From: an uncultured Planctomycetota bacterium
GTDB lineage: Bacteria; Planctomycetota; Planctomycetia; Gemmatales; Gemmataceae
Length of the DNA: 64,000 nucleotides
Assembly (NCBI GenBank): GCA_963849325.1
Contig: CAWKHF010000006.1
Span: forward strand, 256,001 to 320,000
Reading direction: 5' to 3'
In this document: positions 34,388 through 45,474 of the stretch, piece by piece
Layout: each line of letters opens with the position of its first letter
Numbering within the stretch: the first letter of the stretch is position 1
The notes under the pieces: model-generated
The model's input: the letters and a program-made list of their open reading frames with translations, nothing else
Told to the model about the DNA's origin: nothing
Databases searched by the model: none
Program-made: the position numbers and the translations under genes

Positions 34388-36194
34388 ATGACCGAAACGA
34401 AGCTGATCCGCAACTTCTCCATCATCGCCCACATCGACCACGGCAAGAGCACGCTGGCCGACCAGTTCCTCCTCAAGACCGGCGCCATCACCGCCCGCGA
34501 CTTCCGCAACCAGGTCCTCGACGACATGGACCTCGAACGCGAGCGCGGCATCACCATCCAGATGCACCCCGTCACCGTCTACTACGACTACAACGGCCAG
34601 ACACTACGAGCTGAACCTCATCGACACGCCCGGCCACGTCGATTTCAGCTACGAGGTGTCGCGCAGCCTGGCCGCCTGCGAGGGCGTCATCCTGCTGGTC
34701 GATGCCTTCCAGGGCGTGCAGGCCCAGACCGTCGCCAACGCCTACCTGGCGATGGAGCACGACCTGACCATCGTGCCGGTGCTCAACAAGATCGACCTGC
34801 CCATCGCCCGGCCCGACGACGTCATCGCCGAGATGGAGTCAGGCCCTGGGCATCGACCCGGCCGACGTGCTGCGCGCCAGCGGCAAGACCGGCCTGGGCG
34901 TCGACGACGTGCTGCGCGGCCATCATCGAGCGCATCCCGCCGCCGCCCGGCGAGCCCGACGACGCCGCTGCAGGCGCTCGTCTACAACAGCCATTTCGAC
35001 ACCTACAAGGGCGTCGTCGTCTACGTCCGCGTCAAGGAAGGCGTGCTGCAGAAGGGCCAGCGCATCCGCCTGATGCGCGGCGGCACCGAGCACGACGTCA
35101 TCGAGATGGGCCAGTTCCGCCCGGCCATGACGCCGTGCGACGAGCTGGCCGCCGGGCAGGTCGGCTACTTCATGGCCCAGATCAAGACCCTGTCCGACGT
35201 CCACATCGGCGACACCGTGACCGACGCCGCTGCGACCCGGCCGCCGAGGCCGCTGCCCGGCTACAAGGAGCCGAAGCCGATGGTCTTCAGCGGGCTGTAC
35301 CCGGTCAACAACAACGACTTCGAGGCGCTGCGCGAGGCGCTGGCCAAGCTGCAGCTCAACGACTCCAGCTTCACCTATCAGCCGGAGGTCAGCGAGGGCC
35401 TCGGCTTCGGCTTCCGCTGCGGCTTTCTGGGCATGCTCCACCGCGAGATCATCCAGCAGCGCCTGGAACGCGACAGCGACCTCGACCTGGTGCAGACGGC
35501 CCCCAACGTCACCTACGAAATCCTCACGCGCAAGGGCGAGACGCTCGTCATCGACAACCCGCAGAAGGTGCCCGACGCCGGCCAGATCGAGGAGTTCCGC
35601 GAGCCGTTCGTGCGCATCAGCTTCCTGCTGCCGGCCGAGAACATCGGCGACCTGATGCAGCTGTGCTCCGAGCGGCGCGGCGTCTACGTCCGCACCGAGT
35701 ACCTCAGCCCGACGCGGGCCATCCTCGTCTACGAGATGCCGCTGGCGGAGATCATCTACGACCTGTACGACAAGCTCAAGTCGGTGACGCACGGCTACGG
35801 CACGATGGACTACGACTTCCTCGGCTACCGCCCCGCCGACCTGGTGCGCCTCGACGTGCTGGTGCATCACAAGCGCGTCGATGCCCTGTCGACCATCGTG
35901 CATCGCGTCACGGCCGACCGGCGCGGCCGCAAGCTGCTCAAGAAGCTGCGCGAGGAGATCGACCGGCACCTGTTCGAGGTGGTCTTGCAGGCGGCCATCG
36001 GCAGCCGGATCATCGCCCGCGAGAACATCGCGCCGATGAAGAAGAACGTGACGGCCAAGTGCTACGGCGGCGACATCACGCGCAAGCGCAAGCTGTGGGC
36101 CAAGCAGGCGGCCGGCAAGAAGCGCATGAAGCAGGTCGGCCAGGTCGAGATCCCGCAGGAGGCGTTCCTGGCGGTGCTGGAATCGGATCAGTAG
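34388..36194 (+). CDS. lepA: elongation factor 4 (frameshifted)
   Basis: [48 protein letters not shown]. Confidence 0.96.
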
Positions 36195-36200
36195 CGTCCA

Positions 36201-36260
36201 TCCGAGCCGCGACCGTGAGGGAGCGGAGTTTCGCCCGCTCCCTCACGGTCGCGGCTCGGA
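36201..36260. repeat. REP-like hairpin family B
   Basis: TCCGAGCCGCGACCGTGAGGGAGCGG ... CCGCTCCCTCACGGTCGCGGCTCGGA. Confidence 0.85.
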
Positions 36261-36414
36261 CGAACCCTCGACTGCCCCTTGTTGGCGACGGCCCTCTTTG
36301 TGTACTATCCCTGAAGAGGGCCGGTCTGCCCACGAGCGGGTTCCGGCGCAAAATGCGGGCCGGGCGATTCCGAAGTATCCTCGGAGGCGTCTTCTCGCTC
36401 TTTCAGGGTGTCCC

Positions 36415-38602
36415 ATGCCAGACGAACACGTTCCCGGCCCGCCGTCCTCCTCGACCGGCTTTCACGCTCCTTCCGCCGTGACTCCGCCGTCCGAGTTCCC
36501 CAACGGCACACCGCCGAGGAACGGCGAAGCTCCCGCCGGTGCGGCGCCGCGGTCCCTGGCGACGCCGGAATGGCTCCTCCTGCTGCGCTGGGTGCTGGGC
36601 TTTCTGATCGTCCTCGTTTGCGGCTGGGGCTTGCTGGGCCTGGCCTTCTACCTGACCCGTTCGCACGTGAAAAGTCCCGAATTGGCCTCCGCCCTGTTCG
36701 CCGTGCTGAACCTGGGGCTGTTCCTCTATCTGGAAAAAGGTTTCTGGCTCAGCCGCTTCATGGGCCTGCGCATCGAACCGAACACGCACGCCTGGCAGTC
36801 CGCCATCATGCTCTGGCTTCTGGGCGTGCCGGGCCTGCTCTTCCGCTCGACCGACTTCCATCCCCAGTCGGCGACCGCAACGCAGCCGGTTGCCCGGACG
36901 CGCCCGGATCGCAACCGTCGCAGCGCAGCGACAGCGTCCGCGAGGTCGTCGAAACCATCGTCTTCGTCGTCGTGCTCGTCCTGCTGCTTGAAGTCGTTCG
37001 CCGCCGAGGCGTTCGTCATCCCCACCGGCTCGATGGCGGAGACGCTCCTGGGCTATCAGAAAGAGGTCGTCTGCCCCGACTGCGGCATCAAGTTCCCGAT
37101 CAACTGCTCGCGCGAGGTCGATCCCACCGAAGGCCGGCCGATGAAGACCTTCGCCTGCGTCTGTCCCAATTGCCGCCAGCACATCCATTTTCGCGGCGTG
37201 CTACCGCTGGACCGGCTCGACGCCTATGTCCGCGACAACCCCGATTCGATGGAGATCGACGATCCCGGCTGGAACAGCGGCGACCGCGTGCTGGTCGCCA
37301 AGTTCGTCTACGACCTGCTCGGCAAATGGCCGGATCGCCTCGACGTGGTCGTCTTCAAGTATCCGGGCGATTCCAGTTTCCCCCTGTCCGGCCCGCACAA
37401 GAACCACGTGCCGATGAACTACATCAAGCGCCTCATCGGCCTGCCGGGCGAGACCATCGCCATCTGCGGCGGCAAGCTCTACGTCCTCGCCTCCGACAAG
37501 GGGCCGCGCTACGACGATTACAAGAAGGCCAAGAGCGATCCGGAGATGATGGCCACGCTCTGGCAGAAGAAATACATGCACCAGGACGAGGCGCGCGAGT
37601 CGTTCCATCGGGGCCAGTTCCAGATCATCCGCAAGAGTCCCGAAAACATCCTGTCGATGATGCGCCTCGTCTACGACAACGACCACCCCAGCAAGAACCG
37701 AACCTGCCGAAGCGCTGGCTCAGCGCCGACCGCGCCTGGAACGCGGACCAGGCACACGGTTTCCGTCACAACGGCGGCGATGCCAGTACCGAGCACTGGC
37801 TGCGCTACCAGCACCTGCTGCGCGACACCTCGACGACAACCGTCCCAACGGCCAGCTGTCGCTCATCACCGACTGCATGGGTTACAACACCTACCAGGAC
37901 GGCATGCATCCGCCGCTGTTGGGCAACAACTGGGTCGGCGACCTCATCCTCGAATGCGAGGCGACCGTTGACAATCCGCAGGGCGAGCTGACGCTGGAGC
38001 TGTCCAAGGGCGTCGATCGCTTCCGCGCTCGCTGGGATCTGGCCACCGGCGTCTGCACCCTGCTGCGCGTGACGAGCACCGGCGAGCAAAAGCTGGACAG
38101 CAAGCCGACGGCGCTGAGCAAGAAGGGCGATTATCGTCTGCGCTTCGCCAACGTCGATGAGCGCCTGATGGTATGGGTCAATGGCGAGCTACCCTTCGAC
38201 AATGGCGTTCCGTATCCGCCTCCGTCGCCCGACCTGGTCGGCCCGGAGAAGGACAACGACCTGGACCGGCCGGTGAGCATCGGGGCCAAGGGAGCGGCGG
38301 TGGCCGTCCACAAGCTGCGGCTGTTCCGCGACACCTATTACACGGTCGGCGGCCACGATCACGAACGGCCCAACGACGCCGACGTCCCCGGCGTCAGCTT
38401 CACCGACCCGTCCACCTGGCGCGGCCTGAACAATCCGCCGGTGCTGACTCTGTACGTCCAGCCGGACCACTTCCTCTGCCTGGGCGACAATAGCCCCGAG
38501 AGTTCGGACGGCCGTTCGTGGGGCGCCGTGCCGCAGCGCTTGCTGCTGGGCCGGGCGCTGCTGGTCTACTATCCGTTCGGACGGGCCGGACGCATTCGCT
38601 GA
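36415..38602 (+). CDS. lepB: signal peptidase I, extended form with CxxC pairs (frameshifted)
   Basis: [42 protein letters not shown]; follows lepA. Confidence 0.88.
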
Positions 38603-38619
38603 TCCAAGGCAGGGCCGCC

Positions 38620-39002
38620 ATGACGAGCGGAGAAATCACCATCCGCGTGCGCTACGCGGAGACCGACCGCATGGGTCTGCTGCACCACGCGAACTACCTG
38701 GTCTATTTCGAGCAGGGCCGCACCGAGCTGCTGCGGGCGAACGGTCTGTCGTACAAGGACCTGGAGGACCAGGGCTATTTGCTGGTGCTGACGAAGATCG
38801 AGGTGCGTTACCGCTGGCCGGCGCGCTACGACGACGTGTTGACGCTGAAGACGACCGCGGTGCGGACGACGACGGTGCGTATCGATCATCGTTACGAGGT
38901 TTCCTGCGAGGGCCGGCTCTGGCGGAGGGCACGTCCACGCTGGCCTGTGTTGACCGGGATGGCCGGCCGCAAGCCCTGCCGGAGTTCCTGCGCGATAACT
39001 GA
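38620..39002 (+). CDS. YbgC-like acyl-CoA thioesterase
   Basis: RVRYAETDRMGLLHHANYLVYFEQGR, PARYDD. Confidence 0.88.
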
Positions 39003-39014
39003 GGAGCGAGCACG

Positions 39015-39191
39015 ATGAAGGGCACGAGTGGACACTGGGTCCTCACGATCGGACTGGCGGCGGTGCTGATCGGCAGCGGGATCGGCTGTCAACCCGCCGC
39101 GACGACGGGACCATCGCCGTCCACGGGGACGACGAACCAGCAACCCGACAAGGACAAAAAGGTGAAGCCGCCCCAGTCCGATCCGGGCTGA
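39015..39191 (+). CDS. small lipoprotein (not in the ORF track)
   Basis: GAGGAG RBS; MKGTSGHWVLTIGLAAVLIGSGIG-C then a Pro/Thr-rich tail, 58 aa. Confidence 0.55.
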   Translation: MKGTSGHWVLTIGLAAVLIGSGIGCQPAATTGPSPSTGTTNQQPDKDKKVKPPQSDPG

Positions 39192-39216
39192 GCGGGCCAG
39201 CCAGGGAGGACCGATC

Positions 39217-39763
39217 GTGCGCCGTCGCCTGATCCAGACCGTGCTGCCTCTGGTCTTCTGCGCGGTGCCGGCGCTGGCGGCGGTGCTGATCGCCGCCTCC
39301 TTGCCGGCGCAAGCGCGCAACTTCTATCTCGACCGGCTGACCCCTCTCGACGGCCTGATCCTCGGACTCGGTGGCTCGATCTTCGTGGTGCAGATGTTGC
39401 TCGCCTGGACCGCCCTGCAGCTGGCGCGGCGGCAACTTCGACGAACGACCCGACCGCTGGCTGTCGAACCTGGCGCAGGCCGCCGAGTGGTTTCCCTTGC
39501 TGGGTCTGATCGGCACGGTGGCCGGCATCCTGCAAACATTCAGCTCCATCAAGGGTCCGACGCCGCCAGCACAGATCATCCAGCTGTACGCTCCGGCCAT
39601 CACGGCCACCGGCAGCGGCCTGTTCATGGCCCTCATCAATATCCTGCCGAGCTGGGTCGTGCTGCTGGGCCGCGACATCATCCGCTCGCTCGGCGGCGAC
39701 GCGCCGCCGCCGGACCCGCTGGCCGCCAACTCCTATCGACCGGCCGACGCCGCTCGGAGGTGA
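39217..39763 (+). CDS. MotA/TolQ/ExbB proton channel family protein (frameshifted)
   Basis: FPLLGLIGTVAGILQTF, AITATGSGL. Confidence 0.75.
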
Positions 39764-39790
39764 GCCGCCTGTTTCGGAAGGGACCGGCCG

Positions 39791-40340
39791 ATGATCCAGC
39801 TGCCCCAGCGGAGCGTGACGCGCTTCTTCATCCCGCTCATCGACGTGCTCACGTTGCTTTTCTGCATCTTTCTCGTGCTGCCTTTGGCGAAAGAATCCGA
39901 GCGACACGTCGGCGGACGTGGCGGCACTGGAGCAGCGCCTGCGCGAGAAGGAAGAAGAAGTCGAACGGCTGCGCCAGTCCGGCCGCGACATGCCGCAAGA
40001 GCTGCGCGACGAGATCGAAAAACTGCGTCAGGAGAAGGGCAAAGCGCTGCAAAAGCGCCTGTCGGTGCGCGTCCTGGAAATCGATTCCGACAACGGCAAA
40101 CTGTATTATCGCGATCCCGAACGTATCCCAATTCCGGACGAAGCGGCGGCGCACGCGCTCATCGACAGCGATCGCCGCAAGCTCGGCCAGCGCGAACTGT
40201 ATTACCTGATCCTGTATCCGCGCAGCCCGGCCAGCACTTATCCGACGCGCGGCCAGCGCGAGCGCTACGATCGCTGGTTCGAGGGCGTGGCGCTGGGTTA
40301 TGACATTCCAGGAGTTTCGGAGGGAGGGCCGCGGCCATGA
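39791..40340 (+). CDS. ExbD/TolR-like protein with coiled coil (frameshifted)
   Basis: FIPLIDVLTLLFCIFLV TM with the conserved Asp. Confidence 0.65.
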
Positions 40341-40983
40341 CGACGGATGGAGTGGTGAAGATCCTCGCCGTCGTGGGTGGCGGCGTGCTGGGCGGCGTGA
40401 GTCTGGGTCTGCTGGCGCAACTGCTGGCGAAGGCGTTCACCGCGCGACGGCTGCCGCGCTGGCCCGCCCTTGTGGTCCGACTGCTGGGCGGAATTATCTG
40501 CGGCTGGCTCATCGCTTTGTGGTTGTTCGGCGGCGGTGGTCCGGGTATCGGTGGCACGGGCGGCTGGGGCTTTGGTTCCGGGTCGGGCAAGGGCGAAGGC
40601 GAGAAGACAATCCAGATCGCCAGGATAGACGCCGACGGCGAGAAGGTCCGCGGGATCGCCAAAGCGCCGCCGCCGAGACGCTGCGCATCGAGGTACTGGG
40701 CAAAGACACGCTAAACGAAGCGGACTTCGCGGCCTCCCGCTGCTATCGCCTCGACACGGACGATGGCCCGCGCTTGCGGACGTTCGCGGAGGTCAAGGAG
40801 ACAGTCAAGAATCGGCAACGGGAGCAACCGCCGCTGCGCCGCATCGAGATCGTGCTGTATAAAGACAGTCCGGATCAGCGCGTGCCGCTCGTCGCCCAGC
40901 TGAAGGCGTGGGCCGCCGACCTGGACGATGGCAAAATGAAGGTGGACGTCTCGCAACCGGACGCCGATGCGCCTATGAAATAA
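40337..40983 (+). CDS. hypothetical membrane protein (frameshifted)
   Basis: two TM segments, Gly-rich linker, soluble C-terminal domain; ATGA overlap with upstream gene. Confidence 0.55.
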
Positions 40984-41086
40984 CGACGGTTGATCCGTAC
41001 CGTCCTCGCCGCACTACTATTCCCATTCAATATCCGTAGCATAAGTAGAGGGCTTCGCCGCGAGAATCGGCAAGAGAGAACGACCT

Positions 41087-41443
41087 ATGAGCCTGAGAGA
41101 AAAGCCACATTACACTCTACCAGCCGCAACATTGGCTCAGTGGATCGAGGGCCAGCCTGACAAGTGGTGGTCGGTCGATGGCGACCCGCTGCTTACTTCG
41201 GTTTTGGACTTTCCGTGTCCGAGCGACGAACTTGCCCCCATGATTCGGAAGGTGGGAAAGGATCTATTGGTACAAGACAAGAACGTGACTTCTCAAGCTC
41301 ATGGCGAAGTGGTTGGAGGAGATAGGCTGGATGAATTAGCCGACATAAGCAAGAGACGGCATCAAAGAATCTTTCTCTTGTCATGGGCGAATTCGGATGT
41401 GGAGTGGCTGTTGCTCGAAGATGAGCCAATTCTTGCAACATAA
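41087..41443 (+). CDS. hypothetical protein, low-GC islet
   Basis: 118-aa ORF with RBS-like GAGAG, AT-richer than flanks. Confidence 0.6.
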   Translation: MSLREKPHYTLPAATLAQWIEGQPDKWWSVDGDPLLTSVLDFPCPSDELAPMIRKVGKDLLVQDKNVTSQAHGEVVGGDRLDELADISKRRHQRIFLLSWANSDVEWLLLEDEPILAT

Positions 41444-41476
41444 GTCTGACATGCTTCTCCACCGCGGCAAAAGGGG

Positions 41477-42343
41477 TTGGCCTTGCCACGTCCGCCGGTA
41501 AATTTGCACCAGAAAGTTCGGGGAGTCCTTCAGCATACTTCCCCACTGATACCACAAGCTGATCGTCCCATTCAACATTTCGAGCGCTCAGTTAATACGG
41601 GATTATTGCTCCTCAAGTACATTGACGATCATATTGATCCCAATGACGTTTATGGAAGAGTGTACGAGCGCCACCTCGGTCATCTCCGGCGCATGGTGCT
41701 TGCTGAACTAATCGAGTCATTCGAGAGATACTTGAAAGAGCTGGCGTCCGTATGCGTGGACTACCTTGCTCCCTATACGACGGACGACCGTTTTGAGGAG
41801 TTCGTTCCCAAGCGTAGCGATAAGATTGCAGCGTTCCTAAATGCCCCCACAGTCGGCAAGGCGCTCTGCGAGTCGGACACTTGGATCAACAACCCGACTA
41901 TCAACACTCGGTTTGCATCCCTCCTGAAAGACCCAGCGGGTGCCGGTTGGGAATTCCTGTTTCCTCAATCCCATCAGCAGCCCGCTATGGAACGAGATCG
42001 TGCTGCCACTTTGGCGATTCTTTGGCAAATTCGACACAATTTAGCCCATAATGTCGGTGTAATCACTCATTCGGACTCGATGAAGTTTCGTGTACTTATC
42101 GGTGGGCCTGTTGAGCCCGACCGTTGCCTTTTCCCAGCGACAAACGATCTTCGTTATGTGAAGCGGTTCTTGAGCGAATCCGCGACTCGAACCAATCAGC
42201 GTGTCGGCACACGCCTCGCTCAGCTATTGGAGGGTTTTCACTTGGTCGACCCCAATCTGTTCGATGCCCAAGCCAAAGCGGACTCGATCTCCCAGCGCTT
42301 CGATTTTTCTCTAACGATTAACGGACACGTTGGGGTGCCATAA
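41477..42343 (+). CDS. putative HEPN-domain protein, low-GC islet
   Basis: IESFERYLKEL helix and RHNLAH (R-x4-H) motif. Confidence 0.6.
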   Translation: MALPRPPVNLHQKVRGVLQHTSPLIPQADRPIQHFERSVNTGLLLLKYIDDHIDPNDVYGRVYERHLGHLRRMVLAELIESFERYLKELASVCVDYLAPYTTDDRFEEFVPKRSDKIAAFLNAPTVGKALCESDTWINNPTINTRFASLLKDPAGAGWEFLFPQSHQQPAMERDRAATLAILWQIRHNLAHNVGVITHSDSMKFRVLIGGPVEPDRCLFPATNDLRYVKRFLSESATRTNQRVGTRLAQLLEGFHLVDPNLFDAQAKADSISQRFDFSLTINGHVGVP

Positions 42344-42394
42344 GGAAAACACGAAAGCAACCGCTATCGCTCGGCTGTCCGCCAATTAATGTCT

Positions 42395-42649
42395 CTAACG
42401 GTTGATAATGTAATGAACTATGCCTATTATGGCGGCGCCTATCCAGGCAGCGACAAAACCTGCAATTGCACCTACAAGGACACTCCCAAATATCGTTTCA
42501 GCAAAATGATGGGAAGGAGCTAGCAGGTAACCGCAACAGCAACCTACCACCGCACCACCCACGGAACCAGAAGTAAGGCTCGGAAAGAGGATAGCGCTAA
42601 CCCAATCCCTGCGGTCTGCCAAGCCTGCGCTGATTTGGTTTTTTCCCAT
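42395..42649 (-). CDS. small hypothetical membrane protein
   Basis: 84 aa with two hydrophobic segments; AT-rich. Confidence 0.35.
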   Translation of the reverse strand: MGKNQISAGLADRRDWVSAILFPSLTSGSVGGAVVGCCCGYLLAPSHHFAETIFGSVLVGAIAGFVAAWIGAAIIGIVHYIINR

Positions 42650-42910
42650 TCTTTCGCTCGTTCAACCAGAGGATAGCATTTAATTCCGTAGGCCGATATA
42701 CCTTGCCCACACGAAAGACGCAAGGACTAGTGTCCAGGCTTTGCCACTCTTTTTTTCGCAGCAACTCCTCGCGTGGCCTACACGCCTTTCCGAACGGCCG
42801 TCTGTAAGATGCGGCGATCCTTCCCTGATGGGAAGCATCCGATACACTGTTTCAACCGCTCAATTTGCTACACTGAGCAGGGGGATAGGTTCCTCTCAGC
42901 GGATCGTCTT

Positions 42911-45396
42911 ATGGGACCATCGAACCTTAGCATCGTCCTGTTCGGCATGCCGGCGGCCGGCAAGTCGTCTTTACTCGGCGCGTTGGCCCAGGCGGCGCAG
43001 GCGCAGGAGCACTTGCTCAACGGCCGCCTCACCGACGTCTCGCACGGCCTGGACGAATTGCGGCGCCGCGTCTACGAGGAAAGCGCCCGCCGCACTGCCG
43101 AGGAAGTCGTACCGTATCCCATCGATTTCGAGCCGTTCAATGACGACGGCCGCAAGGCGGAAGCGGCCCGCCACGTCGGCGCCGTGGTCATCGACTGCGA
43201 TGGCCGAGTCGCCAACGACTTGCTGGTGCGCCGGCAAGCGTTGCCCGAGGATAGCCCCGAAGGCACGCTGGCCCACGAAGTCGTCCAGGCCGATACGCTC
43301 GTCCTCGTCGTCGATGCCTCGGCGCCGCCGGCGCAGGTCGAGGCGGATTTCGTCGAGTTCGACCGCTTCCTGCGTCAGCTGGAAACGAGCCGCGGTTCGC
43401 GCCGAAGTGGGTGGGCTGCCGGTGTTTCTGGTGCTGACCAAGTGTGACCTGCTGGCCCAGGTCGGCGACCGCGTTTCCGACTGGATGGAGCGCATCGAGC
43501 AGCACAAGCGCGACGTGGACGCGCGTTTTCGCCGCTTCCTGGCCCGCCGCGAGCAGGAGTCCGGCCCGCTGCCGTTCGGCCGCATCGACCTGCACTTGTG
43601 GGCAACGGCGGTCAAGCGGCCGGAGTTGGCCGGTTCGCCGGCCAAGGCCCGCGAGCCGTATGGCGTGGCCGAGCTGTTCCGCCAATGTCTGGAACAGGCC
43701 GCCGCCTTCCGCGGCCGTCGCCGGCAATCGGGCCGTCGCCTGCTGTGGACGGCCTCGACCGCCGGCGGCATCGTCGCCGTCATGGCCTCGCTGGCCGCCG
43801 TCTTCGTCGTTCAGAACCTCGATACGCAGACCAACGCGCTGCGGAGCCGGGTGGACGCAGTTCGCTTCGCCGACCTGCCGTCGGCTGCTGAACGGCTGCG
43901 CGCCCCGATCCGCGAACTGCGCGCTCGCGCGGAGGAACTGGCCGCGATCCGGAAAGATCCGCAGTTCGGCTCTCTTCCCGCCGAGCAACAGCAGTTGGTG
44001 CGCGATCGTCTCGAGGAGCTGAATGCGTACCTGGCCTACTTCGACCGCCTACGCCAATCGCCGCGCCCGCAGGACGTGCATACGGAGAGGGCGCTGCGCG
44101 AGATCAAGGAGAGTTTGCGTACGGAGTTGGCCTTGCCCCGCGCCGATTGGGCCGCGACGGACGCCGGCCGGCTCCACGCCGATCGCGTCCAGGACGCCGA
44201 CGCGCTGGGCACCGCCGTCAAGCGGGCGCGGAACTGGTATCTCGACAGCGTCGAGAAGGCCGACAGCCTGTGGACGTTCCAGGGACAGCAGACCAGATCG
44301 GAAGCGGCCGGCGTCAACTGGGATTCGTGGGCGCGCGAGGTCGAAACGCTGCTCAGCCCGGAGCGCCGGCCGCCCTTCACGGGTTCAAGCCCCGTGCCCG
44401 GCGCCGCTACCACGCTGACTTACGATGCGACCGTGCTGCGCTTCGATGAGGTACTCAAGGCCCGCACCGACTGGGAGACGGACCAGCGCCGCTTGCAGCG
44501 CCTGCTCGATCTCAGTGCGGCGCTCGGCCTGGCGCCCGCCGTGGAAAAACGGCCTGCCGTGCTGGTCATCCCCCATCCCTTCACGCTGGCGCAGGCTGGC
44601 CAGCGACGCAAGACACTGACGCAATATTATCCGAATTATCAGAGTGGTTTTATCCTCGACAATGTGCCCGAAGCGATCCGGCCGCAGGTGCGCCAGGCGC
44701 GCGCGCACCTTTTACGAGCGCCTGCTGGAACCTGCCCGAGCCGCGGTATTGAGTCAACTTCAGCAGGCGGGCGGCGGCGCCGAAGAAACCCGAGCGCGCT
44801 GGGACGGCGTGCGCGACTGGCTGCGCGACCCAAAGGAACTACAAGACTGGCGCGTGCTGGCAATGGTGCTCGTCCGTCTTCACGATGCCGAGGCGGGCGA
44901 TCCCGTCGATGCCCTCCGCGAGTTCCTGAGCAAGACGAGCTTCGCGCTGGACGTGCGGCGTGTGACGCTGGAGGTGCCCGAGGGGCTGGGCGTGAAGCCG
45001 GCCGCGGATGCACGCTTCTCTGTCTATCACCCGGCGTCGGCGGGCGACAAACCCGCGCGGGTGTTCGAGTCGTCCGGCGAGGGCGAGCGCGACGCGCGGC
45101 GGCGCGTCGTGACCTATTCCTTCCGCTCCGTCGAAGGGCAGCGGCTGACGTATCAGCCCGGCGACGCTCTGTGGGCGACGCTGCCCCTGCGCGACGACTT
45201 GGCGTTCACCTGGGTGCGCGGCCGCAGCTTGATGTATCAGTTCGAGCGCCTGCTGCGGCCGCCGCGACTGCACAAGACGAGCGAAGCGACCACCGCCGGC
45301 ACACTGGAGGAGAAGGTCCAGCTGACGATCAGCCCATCCGACGGTGTGCCGCGTCTGCCCGACCTGATGCCGGTGGTGCGGCTTGTCCAAAACTGA
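42911..45396 (+). CDS. TRAFAC-like GTPase-domain membrane protein (frameshifted)
   Basis: G1 GMPAAGKSS, G3 DCDG, G4 TKCD, TM AGGIVAVMASLAAVFVV, long helical C-terminus. Confidence 0.7.
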
Positions 45397-45469
45397 CATT
45401 GTTTAGCCGCGACGCGCAGCGGAGCGCAGGACAGACTCGCGCTCCGCTGCGCGTCGCGGCTAAACAATG
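45397..45469. repeat. REP-like hairpin family A between convergent genes
   Basis: CATTGTTTAGCCGCGACGCGCAGCGGAGCGC ... GCGCTCCGCTGCGCGTCGCGGCTAAACAATG. Confidence 0.9.
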
Positions 45470-45474
45470 GGGAC

